Source: Stegostoma tigrinum
Taxonomy: Eukaryota
DNA: 64,000 nucleotides
Direction of reading: 5' to 3'
NCBI RefSeq assembly: GCF_030684315.1
Contig: NC_081383.1
Coordinates: 3,701,690 to 3,765,689 of the forward strand
Shown in pieces: positions 25,301-34,859 of the stretch. A program made the position numbers and the translations under genes. Under the pieces are notes generated by a model. The model was not told the origin of the DNA. It saw only the letters and a list, made by a program, of their open reading frames with translations, and ran no database searches. The stretch's first letter is position 1, and each line of letters starts with the position of its first letter.

Positions 25301-28300
25301 TGTCTCTTAATTAGAAATGTTGCCCACTACCCCCCTCCCCCGTCCTCCCTCTCTCTGTGTCGCTTTCTTTTCTTCAATTCCACTCATCTGAAGCAAACTG
25401 AAATACTCCATGTTCAAACACAGCAAGATCTGGACAATATAATAAAATGTGAGGCTGGATGAACACAGCAGGCCCAGCAGCATCTCAGGAGCACAAAAGC
25501 TGACGTTTCGGGCCTAGACCCTTCATCAGAGAGGGAGAAGGGGAGAGGGTTCTGGAATAAATAGGGAGAGAGGGGGAGGTGTACCAAAGATGGAGAGAAA
25601 AGAAGATAGGTACAGAGGAGAGTATAGGTGGGGAGGTAGGGAGGGGATAGGTCAGTCCAGGGAGGGAGGACGGACAGGTCAAGGAGGTGGGATGAAGTTA
25701 GTAGGTAGGAGATGGAGGTGCGGCTTGGGGTGGGAGGAAGGGATCGGTGAGAGGAAGAACAGGTTAGGGAGGCAGAGACAGGCTGGACTGGTTTTGGGAT
25801 GCAGTGGGTGGAGGGGAAGAGCTGGGCTGGTTGTGTGGTGCAGTGGGGGCAGGGGACGAACTGGGATGGTTTTGGGATGCGGTGGGGGAAGGGGAGATTT
25901 TGAAGCTGGTGAAGTCCACATTGATACCATTGGGCTGCAGGGTTCCCAAGCGGAATATGAGTTGCCTTGCCCCCACACCTCCTCCCTCACCCCTATCCCA
26001 GGCCCCAAGATGACTTTCCATATTAAGCAGAGATTCACCTGCACATCTGCCAATGCGGTATACTGCATCCACTGTACCCGGTGTGGCTTCCTCTACATTG
26101 GGGAAAACAAGCGGAGCCTTGGGGACCGCTTTGCAGAACACCTGCGCTCGGTTCGCAATAAACAACTGCACCTCCCAGTCGCGAACCATTTCCACTCCCC
26201 CTCCCATTCTTTAGATGACATGTCCATCATGGGCCTCCTGCAGTGCCACAATGATGCCACCCGAAGGTTGCAGGAACAGCAACTCATATTCCGCTTGGGA
26301 ACCCTGCAGCCCAATGGTTTCAATGTGGACTTCACCAGCTTCAAAATCTCCCCTTCCCCCACCGCATCCCTAAACCAGCCCAGTTCGTCCCCTGCCCCCA
26401 CTGCACCACACAACCAGCCCAGCTCTTCCCCTCCACCCACTGCATCCCAAAACCAGTCCAGCCTGTCTCTGCCTCCCTAACCTGTTCTTCCTCTCACCGA
26501 TCCCTTCCTCCCACCCCAAGCCGCACCTCCATCTCCTAGCTGCTAACCTCATCCCACCTCCTTGACCTGTCCGTCCTCCCTCCCTGGACTGACCTATCTC
26601 CTCCCTACCTCCCCACCTATACTCTCCTCTCCACCTATCTTCTTTTCTCTCCATCTTTGGTCCACCTCCCCCTCTCTCCCTATTTATTCCAGAACCCTCA
26701 CCCCATCCGCCTCTCTGATGAAAGGTCAAGGCCCGAAACGTCAGCTTTTGTGCTCCTGAGATGCTGCTGGGCCTGCTGTGTTCATCCAGCCTCTCATTTT
26801 ATTATCTTGGATTTTCCAGCATCTGCAGTTCCCATTATCACTGATACAAAAATAATTCTGTTTGTCTCTTTTCCTATTTCTTCCTCCATCGAACAGTTAT
26901 GCCCCTCTGCACCTATTCATGAGATCCATGGCAATGATTATTTCTCTCTGCCTTTAGCTTTGACCATCATTCTGATGAAAAGTCAGTGACTGGAAGGTTA
27001 ATGCTGTTTCTTTTCACAGACGCTGCTGAGTATTTTCAGTGTGTTCCACTTTAATTTCAGGTTTCCAGCATTCACAGAGATTTGCTTCTGTTTCGCTACC
27101 CATCTCTGACCCTCTCTCAGTTCCTGTCTGTCCCTCTGCTCCATCCTGCTTGTTTCTTTGGAAAAGCTGGGGCAGGGATGTTAAACAGGAAACACTGAAT
27201 GAGTAGACAACATAGCAAGCTCATTCGAATACACTTTCAGGACTCAATCTCCAGTTCAATGTTTTAGGGTCTGGGCACCTGCATTCATGTCATTAAACAA
27301 CACCCCCACCCCACCCCCGACCAACCCACCCAGCACCACACTCCACATGAGCAACTTTTAGCACTCCTAACCCATTCTCACCCAATTATCATCCCCAATA
27401 TCAGCTTATTTCACCCTGGTTCACCAGTATCCATCCCTCTGACTGCCAATCATTTCCTTTCTCTCTGGGCTCCATCTCTGCCCATCTGTTCACTTCCCCG
27501 TACCCCTTATTACTGCCTTCAGCATAGATACCACCTTTTTCTATCCATCAGCTTGGACTCTGCCTTCTCTTCACACATGCTGCCAGACCTGCTGAGTTCC
27601 ACCAGGATAATAGTGTGAGGCTGGATGAACACAGCAGGCCAAGCAGCATCTCAGGAGCACAAAAGCTGACGTTTTGGGCCTAGACCCTTCTCCAGCAGTT
27701 TGTTTTTAAATGATATTTTTTGTCTAACCTCTTGGCTGTCTGCAATTTACCAAACATTTCACTACTTACAATAAACTGCTAGATAAACATCCTTGGAATA
27801 GAACTTTCCCCTGCACATTGTGGTACATCTGTAGTTATTCTCATACGATTCTAGCACTTTGTCAATTCGGAGAACAGTCTTCGAAGGGGAATGGGTAATT
27901 TTCCCAGGCATAGAGTCGATGGCTTTCTCCCAGCTGGGCTTGCTGTTGGGACAGTGAGCATCACAGACCAACTCCACCGCCTGGCCCACACTCACAACAG
28001 GAGCCGTTGGGGCAATGTATAAAATGTCTTCCTTCCCGGTTACAAAGGCTGGAGAACAGACAAAGAAAGGTCTGAGTCAACCACAGAATTTGCTTTGCCA
28101 CAAAACACCGCTGCAGTAATCAATGGGACAGTACTGAGGGCAGCTTCCTTCACTCTAAGCACTGTCTGCGTGAATTCTACAGAAGACTCGTGTTCTGACA
28201 AAATCATACCAGACCCACAAATGCTGCCAGACCTGCTGAGTTTCTCCAGCACTGTTATTTATTTCACATTACCAGCATCTGTAAGGTCTTTTTTAAAAAA

Positions 28301-30527
28301 CCTCTTCTCCAGCCCTCAGCGCCTGCCCAGTCAGAGTTTGCAGAACAGCAGTGTCTGTTCTGAGGAAGGGTCACCACACCTGAAACGTTAACTGTTTCTT
28401 TCCTTCACAGATGCCACCAGACCTGCTGAACTTTTTGGTTTTGTTTATGATTTATAGCATCCACAGTTCTTTCAGTTTTTAATTTAGCAGTGTATACTTG
28501 TCTGACACAATTCCTCACGCACACACGGGCAAGCGACACACACAGCACACTCAAGGCTCTCACACTCACACTGAGGAGCAATGGGGGCCTAGTGGTGTTA
28601 TCACTAGACTGTTAATGAAAAGTCCAAGGTAATGTTCTCGGCCCCTGGCCTCAAATTCTGTCACTGGCAGATGGTGGAATTTGAATTCAATAATATATTT
28701 AAAAATTCAGCATTATGAATCTAATGATGACGATGAAACAAACCATTACCGATTGTCAGGGGGGAAAACCCATCTGGCTCACGAAGGTCTTTTAGTGAAG
28801 GAAGTCTGCCATGCTCACCTGGTCTTGCCCACGAATGATGCCAAACCCACAGCAATGTAGATTACTCTTAACTTATCTCTGCCCAATAAATCCATGTACA
28901 TGAATGAACAAACACATTCATCTTGTTGACAGACTGTTGAATCCAATGAAGTGCATGATGACTAGAACCATCTTCTCTACACCCCTCCATTCCCCTCTGT
29001 CCTTACAAACCACACACACTCTCACACCTTCTCTCTCACACACACACACACACACTCCTCATTGATAAAAATGCGACACAAGCTGGTTAAAACCATCCAT
29101 GCTCTTTCCTCCTCCTCACTTACCCACTCTACAACAATCCATTCAATCTGCACACCACCACCTCTCTGTCCCCAGATCCAGTGACCTCCCTTGGGCACAA
29201 TGCTTCAACAGACTTCATTTGGATCCATTAATTGGGAACATGGGAATTGCCAACTAGCTCCTGGTGCCAAGTCCAATGGTAGGATCTGAGCTATCAGAGA
29301 GAGGCTGGTCTTTGCTAAACAGGGTCAGGTTCAGCCAGGGTCCCTTTACTGTCTCATGCCACAGCTAGACCCTCAGTTCAAACTCCCAGACAGACACAAA
29401 CCAAACTCCACACCCCAGAAGAGGGTTCTTTCTGTAGACTGAGCACTGGACTGAGATAGATAGGTAGGTTCTGAGTATCAAGGGTTACAGGGAGAAAGTG
29501 GGAGAATGGGTTTGAGGAACTTATCAGCCATGATCGAGTCTGCTCTGCCATTCAATGGGCCGAATGGCCCAATTTCTGCTCCTGTGTCTTACGCTCTTAA
29601 CTTCAGCAAATAAAAGGAGGCTAACACTTAGCTCTGCGGATTTTCACTCACCAAATAAATTAAGAAACTTGAAAATAGGTAGGGTTTGTTTTTATACAAT
29701 TAGCTTGCGCTTAATGAGAAAATTAAATCCACCAAATGAGGGAATTTTCAAAGACAGAGAAGGCCATTCTTGTCACTCTGCTTGGTCAAATATTCTCAAA
29801 TTGGCTCCACTGCCCTGTTCTACTGCAAAGGCCCTTCATTATTGCTCAGATATTTATCCATCTTGTTTAAACAAACAATATTCTTCACCTTTAACCGCTT
29901 GTGGAAGCAAAGCATCCCAAAGCACAAAACAAAAGCCTCTGTGCTAATTCTACGTTCTGTAAACTCTGACCCCACTTAGTAAGTTCTCAATTAGTCATTC
30001 TGTCATCATTTGTTCCAGAGCCAATAGAAACCTGATATTTTTCACCAAAACCTCTCATTTACAGAACACTATATTTTTAAACTTGCATTAGATTTATTCT
30101 AACTTAATAGTGGAAATAGTTTCAGAAATCTTAAGTCCCCTTAAGGCTGAATTCTACAAATTTGGACTCATTCTTGTTGACCTGTGCTGTCCACTCTCTG
30201 CAACTTTAATATCCTGTCCTCAACAAGGCATCTGAAATGTGCAAAGATGCAAAGACTATGGGGTGTATTCACCAAGTTGTACATGTTCCGCGTGAACACA
30301 TTTGAATATTTCGCAGCAAAAGATAAAGTGCACTTTTCGCTCAAATTCTGCACAACTAAACTCGACAAAATCCCTACAATTTAAAATGTTTAAAAATATG
30401 TATATTGTTAATCAATATCTCTTTTGAAAACAAAGATTTTGAATTGATAAAAAGATTATAAGTACCTACCAGAATCTTGAATAAGTACAGAGAAAGTAAA
30501 AAGTAGGAAGGCAATTCTTGTCCCCAT
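10159..30527 (-). CDS. VCAM1/MAdCAM1-family cell adhesion protein (VCAM-1-like), 8 coding exons, predicted 647 aa: signal peptide + 6 Ig domains + TM + cytoplasmic tail
   Basis: Exons 30470-30527, 27770-28048, 24948-25262, 23502-23783, 21565-21837, 18895-19167, 13523-13795 and 10159-10349. All introns are GT-AG and phase 1; the total of 1944 nt is 648 codons including the stop. D1 has the two C-x3-C pairs and IDS motif of the ICAM/VCAM/MAdCAM family; the D1/D2 junction VYSFP matches VCAM1 YSFP. Confidence 0.88.
10455..11525 (+). mobile_element. CR1-clade LINE (HER1-like), 5'-truncated and relatively young
   Basis: 258-aa ORF 10505-11281: SGVPQGSVLG, KFADDTK, YKALVRPHLEYCVQFWAP; typical 3' tail. 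Confidence 0.95.
12867..13075. mobile_element. older hairpin element (gatgctgccagacctgctgag family)
   Basis: Inverted arms ~12901-12975 and ~13003-13075; relatives at ~26970-27090, 28215-28460, 33440-33535 and 53325-53500. Confidence 0.7.
13523..13795 (-). CDS. VCAM-like exon 7, repeated Ig domain copy C
   Basis: 4 nt differences from copy A (A->V, 3 silent); splice sites and frame intact. Confidence 0.88.
14230..14528 (+). mobile_element. tRNA-derived V-SINE (HE1-like)
   Basis: A-box tggctcagtgg, B-box ggtttgattcc, V domain tgtgtggagtttgcac, CR1-like tail. Other copies at ~2760-2970(-), 3316-3475(+), 8160-8470(-), 11860-12190(-), 17155-17680(+), 38680-38945(+) and 62530-62790(-). Confidence 0.88.
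14975..16600 (+). mobile_element. CR1 LINE remnant(s), heavily degraded
   Basis: PGNYRPV-like and LEYCAQFWSP-like segments and 3' tail. Confidence 0.75.
16650..17100 (-). mobile_element. CR1 LINE 3' fragment
   Basis: GTRDHSLRIK..MRRNFFSRR on the minus strand. Confidence 0.85.
17331..17554. mobile_element. short fold-back Penelope-tail element inserted in a V-SINE
   Basis: Two inverted copies of the tail (~17361-17457 and ~17462-17556); flanks cagtttgagtgga / cagcttgggtgga. Confidence 0.85.
18225..18765 (-). mobile_element. CR1 LINE 3' fragment
   Basis: Reverse-complement tail ggccattcagcccctcgagcctgctc and RT C-terminus. Confidence 0.85.
18895..19167 (-). CDS. VCAM-like exon 6, repeated Ig domain copy B
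   Basis: 5 nt differences from copy A (E->K, D->N, 3 silent); splice sites and frame intact. Confidence 0.88.
19365..20065 (+). mobile_element. CR1 LINE 3' fragment interrupted by a Meta-domain-type SINE (~19525-19755)
   Basis: RGNIFTQRVVCVWNELPEEVV; nested aacccatctgggtcactaatgtcctttaggg segment. Confidence 0.8.
20680..21230. mobile_element. Penelope-like fragment with internal inversion
   Basis: GIY-YIG end on - (~20690-20905), then 3' tail on + (~20950-21230). Confidence 0.75.
21565..21837 (-). CDS. VCAM-like exon 5, repeated Ig domain copy A
   Basis: 273 nt, ccag| and |gtgagt; YGPRNVSIEGGGSARERETLALTCQGDANPEANITWRRETGSEQPRWNISTSRGKSELRIDSLSPDDHGLYECVVENPLGAVRLEAQLNVQ. Confidence 0.9.
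22018..22544. mobile_element. nested V-SINE pair: a + strand copy (~22209-22505) inserted in the head of a - strand copy
   Basis: The minus copy breaks at gcagcgctaa (22203) and resumes as taaccactgagccaccgtgccc (22523-22544). Confidence 0.85.
22775..23025 (-). other. candidate alternative terminal exon in intron 4 of the VCAM-like gene
   Basis: gcctttcag| acceptor; the phase-1 frame is open for 83 codons including TAA; AATAAA at 22667-22672 (minus) is followed by U-rich sequence. No transcript evidence. Confidence 0.35.
23502..23783 (-). CDS. VCAM-like exon 4, Ig domain 3
   Basis: tacag| acceptor, |gtgagt donor, 282 nt; LSLSC...ITWRK...LHIEKLEPEDRGAYIC. Confidence 0.92.
24305..24770 (+). 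mobile_element. CR1 LINE 3' fragment
   Basis: GMAGLLYEERLDRLGLYSLEFRR and tail. Confidence 0.88.
24948..25262 (-). CDS. VCAM-like exon 3, Ig domain 2
   Basis: ctttcag| acceptor, |gtgagt donor, 315 nt; SFPHHPKVEL...LRCSAQNLYP...WYR...FTCEIRL. Confidence 0.92.
25502..25529 (-). ncRNA. minimal hammerhead ribozyme motif (Penelope-type)
   Basis: CUGAUGA-AGGGUCUAGGCCC-GAAACGUC. Confidence 0.65.
26715..26742 (+). ncRNA. minimal hammerhead ribozyme motif (Penelope-type)
   Basis: CUGAUGA-AAGGUCAAGGCCC-GAAACGUC. Confidence 0.55.
27770..28048 (-). CDS. VCAM-like exon 2, Ig domain 1 (integrin-binding I-set)
   Basis: ttctccag| acceptor, |gtaagt donor, 279 nt; VCDAHC...WEKAIDSMPG...YRCTTMC. Confidence 0.92.
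28585..28910 (+). mobile_element. tRNA-derived SINE with Meta-like central domain
   Basis: ggcctagtgg head and aacccatctgg...ggaaggaa...cctggtc core; relatives at ~4010-4595 (split by a CR1 piece), 19525-19755 and 54160-54450(-). Confidence 0.65.
30470..30527 (-). CDS. VCAM-like exon 1, signal peptide MGTRIAFLLFTFSVLIQDS
   Basis: ATG at 30527, hydrophobic core, donor G|GTAGGT in phase 1; joins exon 2 in frame. Confidence 0.78.
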
Positions 30528-31668
30528 CTGGTCCTTTTTGTTTGGAATTTCTGTTATTTAAGGAAAATAACACACCATCTTCATTCACTCTAATTCTGAT
30601 ATCTGTGTAAACCCAAATCTATTAGGCTGAAGCTTCTCTGTGAATTTCAATTATTAACAGTAGCCTGTGTCCCCCCTGAGCAGCTCAGGGTTTCAATCCC
30701 TCTCTCTGCCCCTCTGTCTCAGAACTGAGAGCTGTAATAATTCATGGAGTTCTGATGTAACTCTTCGATCTTTTCCTGGAAGGAAAAGGGTTGCAACATA
30801 AAGCTGTCACTGCCAATTGTATTGTCTGTTCTGAGTCTCCCCCACCAACTAGCCTCAACAGATTTTGTGGGGTGGGGTTTAAATGTCTAACACCCTTTGT
30901 GTGAGGAATTCTATCCTAATATCATCCAAATACACCCCTGCCTCTGTTGCTGCTGAAATCCCTCATCCCACGGTGCCTCAGAACTTTGTGATTCTAATAC
31001 TTCCATCTTGGGGGCTGGTTAGCGCAGTTGGCTGGAGAGCCACTATGTGATGTGCAGTAACACAAAAGTGTGGGTTCATTCCTGCACTGGCTGAGGTTTC
31101 CCCCAAAGGGCTCTCCTTCACAACCTCTGTCCTTGCCTAAGGTGTGGTGACCCTCAGGTTAAGCCAGCACCAGTTTTCTCTCTCCCTGTCATGAGGAGGC
31201 AAGACTGGTAAGACTGTGGTAACTTTACCTTTGATTTCCATTTGCCACTCCACATGCATTTCTCTTCAGTCAAAACTCTGCTGCTTGCATCACATCTTGC
31301 AGTGGATCCTACACCTCGTCCTCTTCTTTCTGATCCATGTGAACGCAGAGATTATATCAATTTTAACATTTCCATTTTTGACTTCACCTCTCCATTTCTG
31401 TAACTTCCTCCAACTCTGAGATACCTCTGTCCATCCAATGGATGACACCCATTTCCATTCCTCTGACACTATCCCTCTTTCCCTGTCTCTCTTCTCCTTC
31501 CATGTGCCCTTTTAAATACTACTTCATGGCCTAAGCTTTTGGTAATGTCTTAATATCTTCTCAAATAACTCAGTGCCAAATTATCAGCATTCTGGGAAAT
31601 GCCTTGTGGGGAGGGGGGGGGCAGGGGAGTATACTATGCAAAGGGTGCTATGCAAATCTAAATTGTTT

Positions 31669-33381
31669 CAGTGATAATGGGAACTGCAGATGCTGGAGAA
31701 TCCGAGATAATAAAAACGTGAGGCTGGATGAACACAGCAGGCCAAGCAGCATCTCAGGAGCACAAAAGCTGACGTTTCGGGCCTAGACCCTTCATCAGAG
31801 AGGGGGATGGGGAGAGGGTTCTGGAATAAATAGGGAGAGAGGGGGAGGCGGACCGAAGATGGAGAGAAAAGAAGATAGGTGGAGAGGAGAGTATAGGTGG
31901 GGAGGTAGGGAGGGGATAGGTCAGTCCAGGGAAGATGGACAGGTCAAGGAGGTGGGATAAGGTTAGTATGTAGGAGATGGGGGTGCGGCTTGGGGTGAGA
32001 GGAAGAACAGGTTAGGGAAGCAGAGACAGGTTGGACTGGTTTTGGGATGCAGTGGGTGGAGGGGAAGAGCTGGGCTGGTTGTGTGGTGCAGTGGGGGGAG
32101 GGGACAAACTGGGCTGGTTTAGGGATGCGGTGGGGGAAGGGGAGATTTTGAAACTGGTGAAGTCCACATTGATACCATTAGGCTGCAGGGTTCCCAGGCA
32201 GAATATGAGTTGCTGTTCCTGCAACCTTTGGGTGGCATCATTGTGGCATTGCAGGAGGCCCATGATGCACATGTCATCTAAAGAATGGGAGGGGGAGTGG
32301 AAATGGTTTGCGACTGGGAAGTGCAGTTGTTTGTTGCGAACTGAGCAGAGGTGTTCTGCAAAGCGGTCCCCAAGCCTTCGCTTGGTTTCCCCAATGTAGA
32401 GGAAGCCGCACCGGGTACAGTGGATGCAGTATACCACATTGGCAGATGTGCAGGTGAACCTCTGCTTAATGTGGAATGTCATCTTGGGGCCTCGGATAGG
32501 GGTGAGGGAGGAGGTGTGGGGGCAAGTGTAACATTTCCTGCGGTTGCAGGGGAAGGTGCCAGGTGTGGTGGGGTTGGAGTGCAGTGTGGAGCGAACAAGG
32601 GAGTCACAGAGAGAGTGGTCTCTCCGGAAAGCAGACAGGGGTGGGGATGGAAAAATGTCTTGGGTGGTGGGGTCGGATTGTAGATGGCGGAAGTGTCGGA
32701 GGATGATGCGTTGTATCCGGAGGTTGGTGGGGTGGTGTGTGAGAACGAGGGGGATCCTCTTTGGGCGATTGTGGCGGGGGCGGGGTGTGAGGGATGTGTT
32801 GCGGGAAATACGGGAGACGTGGTCAAGGGCGTTCTCGATCACTGTGGGGGGAAAGTTGCGGTCCTTGAAGAACTTGGACATCTGGGATGTGCGGGAGTGG
32901 AATGTCTTATCGTGGGAGTAGATGTGGCGGAGGCGGAGGAATTGGGAATAGGGGATGGAATTTTTGCAGGAGGGTGGGTGGGAGGAGGTGTATTCTAGGT
33001 AGCTGTGGGAGTCGGTGGGCTTGAAATGGACATCAGTTACAAGCTGGTTGCCTGAGATGGAGACTGAGAGGTCCAGGAAGGTGAGGGATGTGCTGGAGAT
33101 GGCCCAGGTGAACTGAAGGTTGGGGTGGAAGGTGTTGGTGAAGTGGATGAACTGTTCGAGCTCCTCTGGGGAGCAAGAGGCGGCGCCGATACAGTCAATG
33201 TACCGGAGGAAGAGGTGGGGTTTGGGACCTGTGTAGGTGCGGAAGAGGGACTGTTCCACGTAACCTACAAAGAGGCAGGCATAGCTGGGGCCCATGCGGA
33301 TGCCCATGGCCACCCCCTTAGTCTGTAGGAAGTGGTGCTCCTGAGATGTTGCTTGGCCTGCTGTGTTCATCCAGCCTCACA
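31669..33381 (-). mobile_element. Penelope-like element, young and 5'-truncated, with RT C-terminal half and GIY-YIG endonuclease in one 452-aa ORF (32012-33370)
   Basis: QTKGVAMG..MGPSYA, RYID(D missing)C, NVVYCIHCTRCGFLYIGETKRRLGDRFAEH; an inverted copy of the 3' tail sits at 33335-33381. Confidence 0.95.
31771..31798 (-). ncRNA. minimal hammerhead ribozyme motif (Penelope-type)
   Basis: CUGAUGA-AGGGUCUAGGCCC-GAAACGUC. Confidence 0.65.
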
Positions 33382-34199
33382 GCATTAAAATTGGGATGCT
33401 CAGCACTGCAGAGATCGCATGGGGTGGAGAAGACATTATAAACAGAAAAACAAATTGCTGGAAAAACTCAACATGTTTAGAGAGAAAATAGTTAACTTGA
33501 GTCACACCCACATTTTCAGCGTCTTGCAGTTCTTTATGTTCGGTTACAGAGACAGTGAGGGTGAGGCGATAGAGGGATCTGAGAGACACAATGAAAAGTT
33601 GAAATGCTACAAGAGGGAGTGTAAACAGTTGGGTTCCTATACAAAGGAAGTTCTCATATTGTTGAAACATTTCTCACATCCCAAAGTGCATATGTTTAGT
33701 TATTGTTTGGTGAAGCAAGTGTCTATACCAGTGCTTCCTACATGACATGCCCAGCCATGGGAAACTAGCTGGGAGGCAGTTAGAGATGAGGAGAAGGCAG
33801 CCAGCAATGCTGAGTCATACTGCAGCAGTGGTCGGTGAACGATAGCACATGGAGGGCAGAGCGGCATTGACAGTGACTCTCAGTGAAGTCCTCCAAATGG
33901 CACCAGATTGTGGCGACAGAACACTTTTCACTTGAGGTACATGACAATACATCATTCGTCATTGTTTGCAGCTCTGGAAAGCAGTTTCACATCACCGAGG
34001 CTAGTTCTGCTTCCCCATTGCCAGTGTTTCTCATTAATGGAGTTAATTGGAAAAGCTTCTTTGGTGGCATTTGAATCCATTTATTTGGAGCATGAGCCCG
34101 GACTGATCAGGCGGAGAGGCCAGTGATATTATCAGGACCCCACGAGCTGCCCCTTCTCCTCCCTGCCAGATCCCAAAAATAAACAGCACAGACCCTTTG

Positions 34200-34850
34200 C
34201 CCTCCTGCACCAACAGGCGATGCCTTTCTGAAGTAAAAGCTTTTTGCCTCCACGCTGTTCCTACCCCTCTATCCCATGCCTATTGGCTTAACTGTCACGA
34301 TAGCTCTTAAAAGTTGCTTTTTGATTGGTCTTCACCAAGTCCTCTGTTAGCACATCCCAGGCAAATATTACCCTCTTTAAAAAAAACTTGCCTCACATCT
34401 GCCTTAAACTTACCCCCCTTTTTACCTTAAACCTACGTCCCTCAGTGTTTGATATTTCTGCCTTGGGGGAAAAAAAATCTAAACATTCAATTTATCCATG
34501 CTTATTTTTGTAAGCTTCTATCAGGTCACCACCCCATCCTTTGACCTTCAAGTTTGTCCAATCTCTTCTCTTGGCTAATACCCTCCAAACAGGCAACAAT
34601 TTGGTAAATGGTTTCTGCACCCTCTCCAAACCCTCCACATCCTTTGTCCAGTATGGTGACTGGAATATTCCAAATATGTCGCATGTTCTGTACAGCTGTA
34701 ACATGACTTGCCAATTTTTATACCCTATGGCCTGACCAATGAAGACAAGCATGCCATGCATCTTCTCAACCACGTGATCCACTTGTGTTGCTACTTTCAG
34801 GAAATGGTGAACTGTTTGCCTGGAGCCCTCTATATGTTGATGCCACAATG
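34200..34850 (-). mobile_element. CR1 LINE fragment
   Basis: QSPYWTKDVEGLERVQKPFT on the minus strand. Confidence 0.75.
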
Positions 34851-34859
34851 GTGCTCGCT

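Larger units (their letters stand above)
25439..26845. mobile_element. Penelope-like insertion with inverted duplication (arms 25439-25965 and 26279-26805)
   Basis: GIY-YIG coding segment on + (25966-26480), preceded by a reverse-complement copy of its own 3' part. Confidence 0.93.

Noticed and set aside
25590-26480. 296-aa Gly/Arg-rich ORF fused to GIY-YIG as a novel nuclease
   Set aside because: Chimeric read-through across the inversion junction of a Penelope insertion; the N-terminal half is antisense tail sequence
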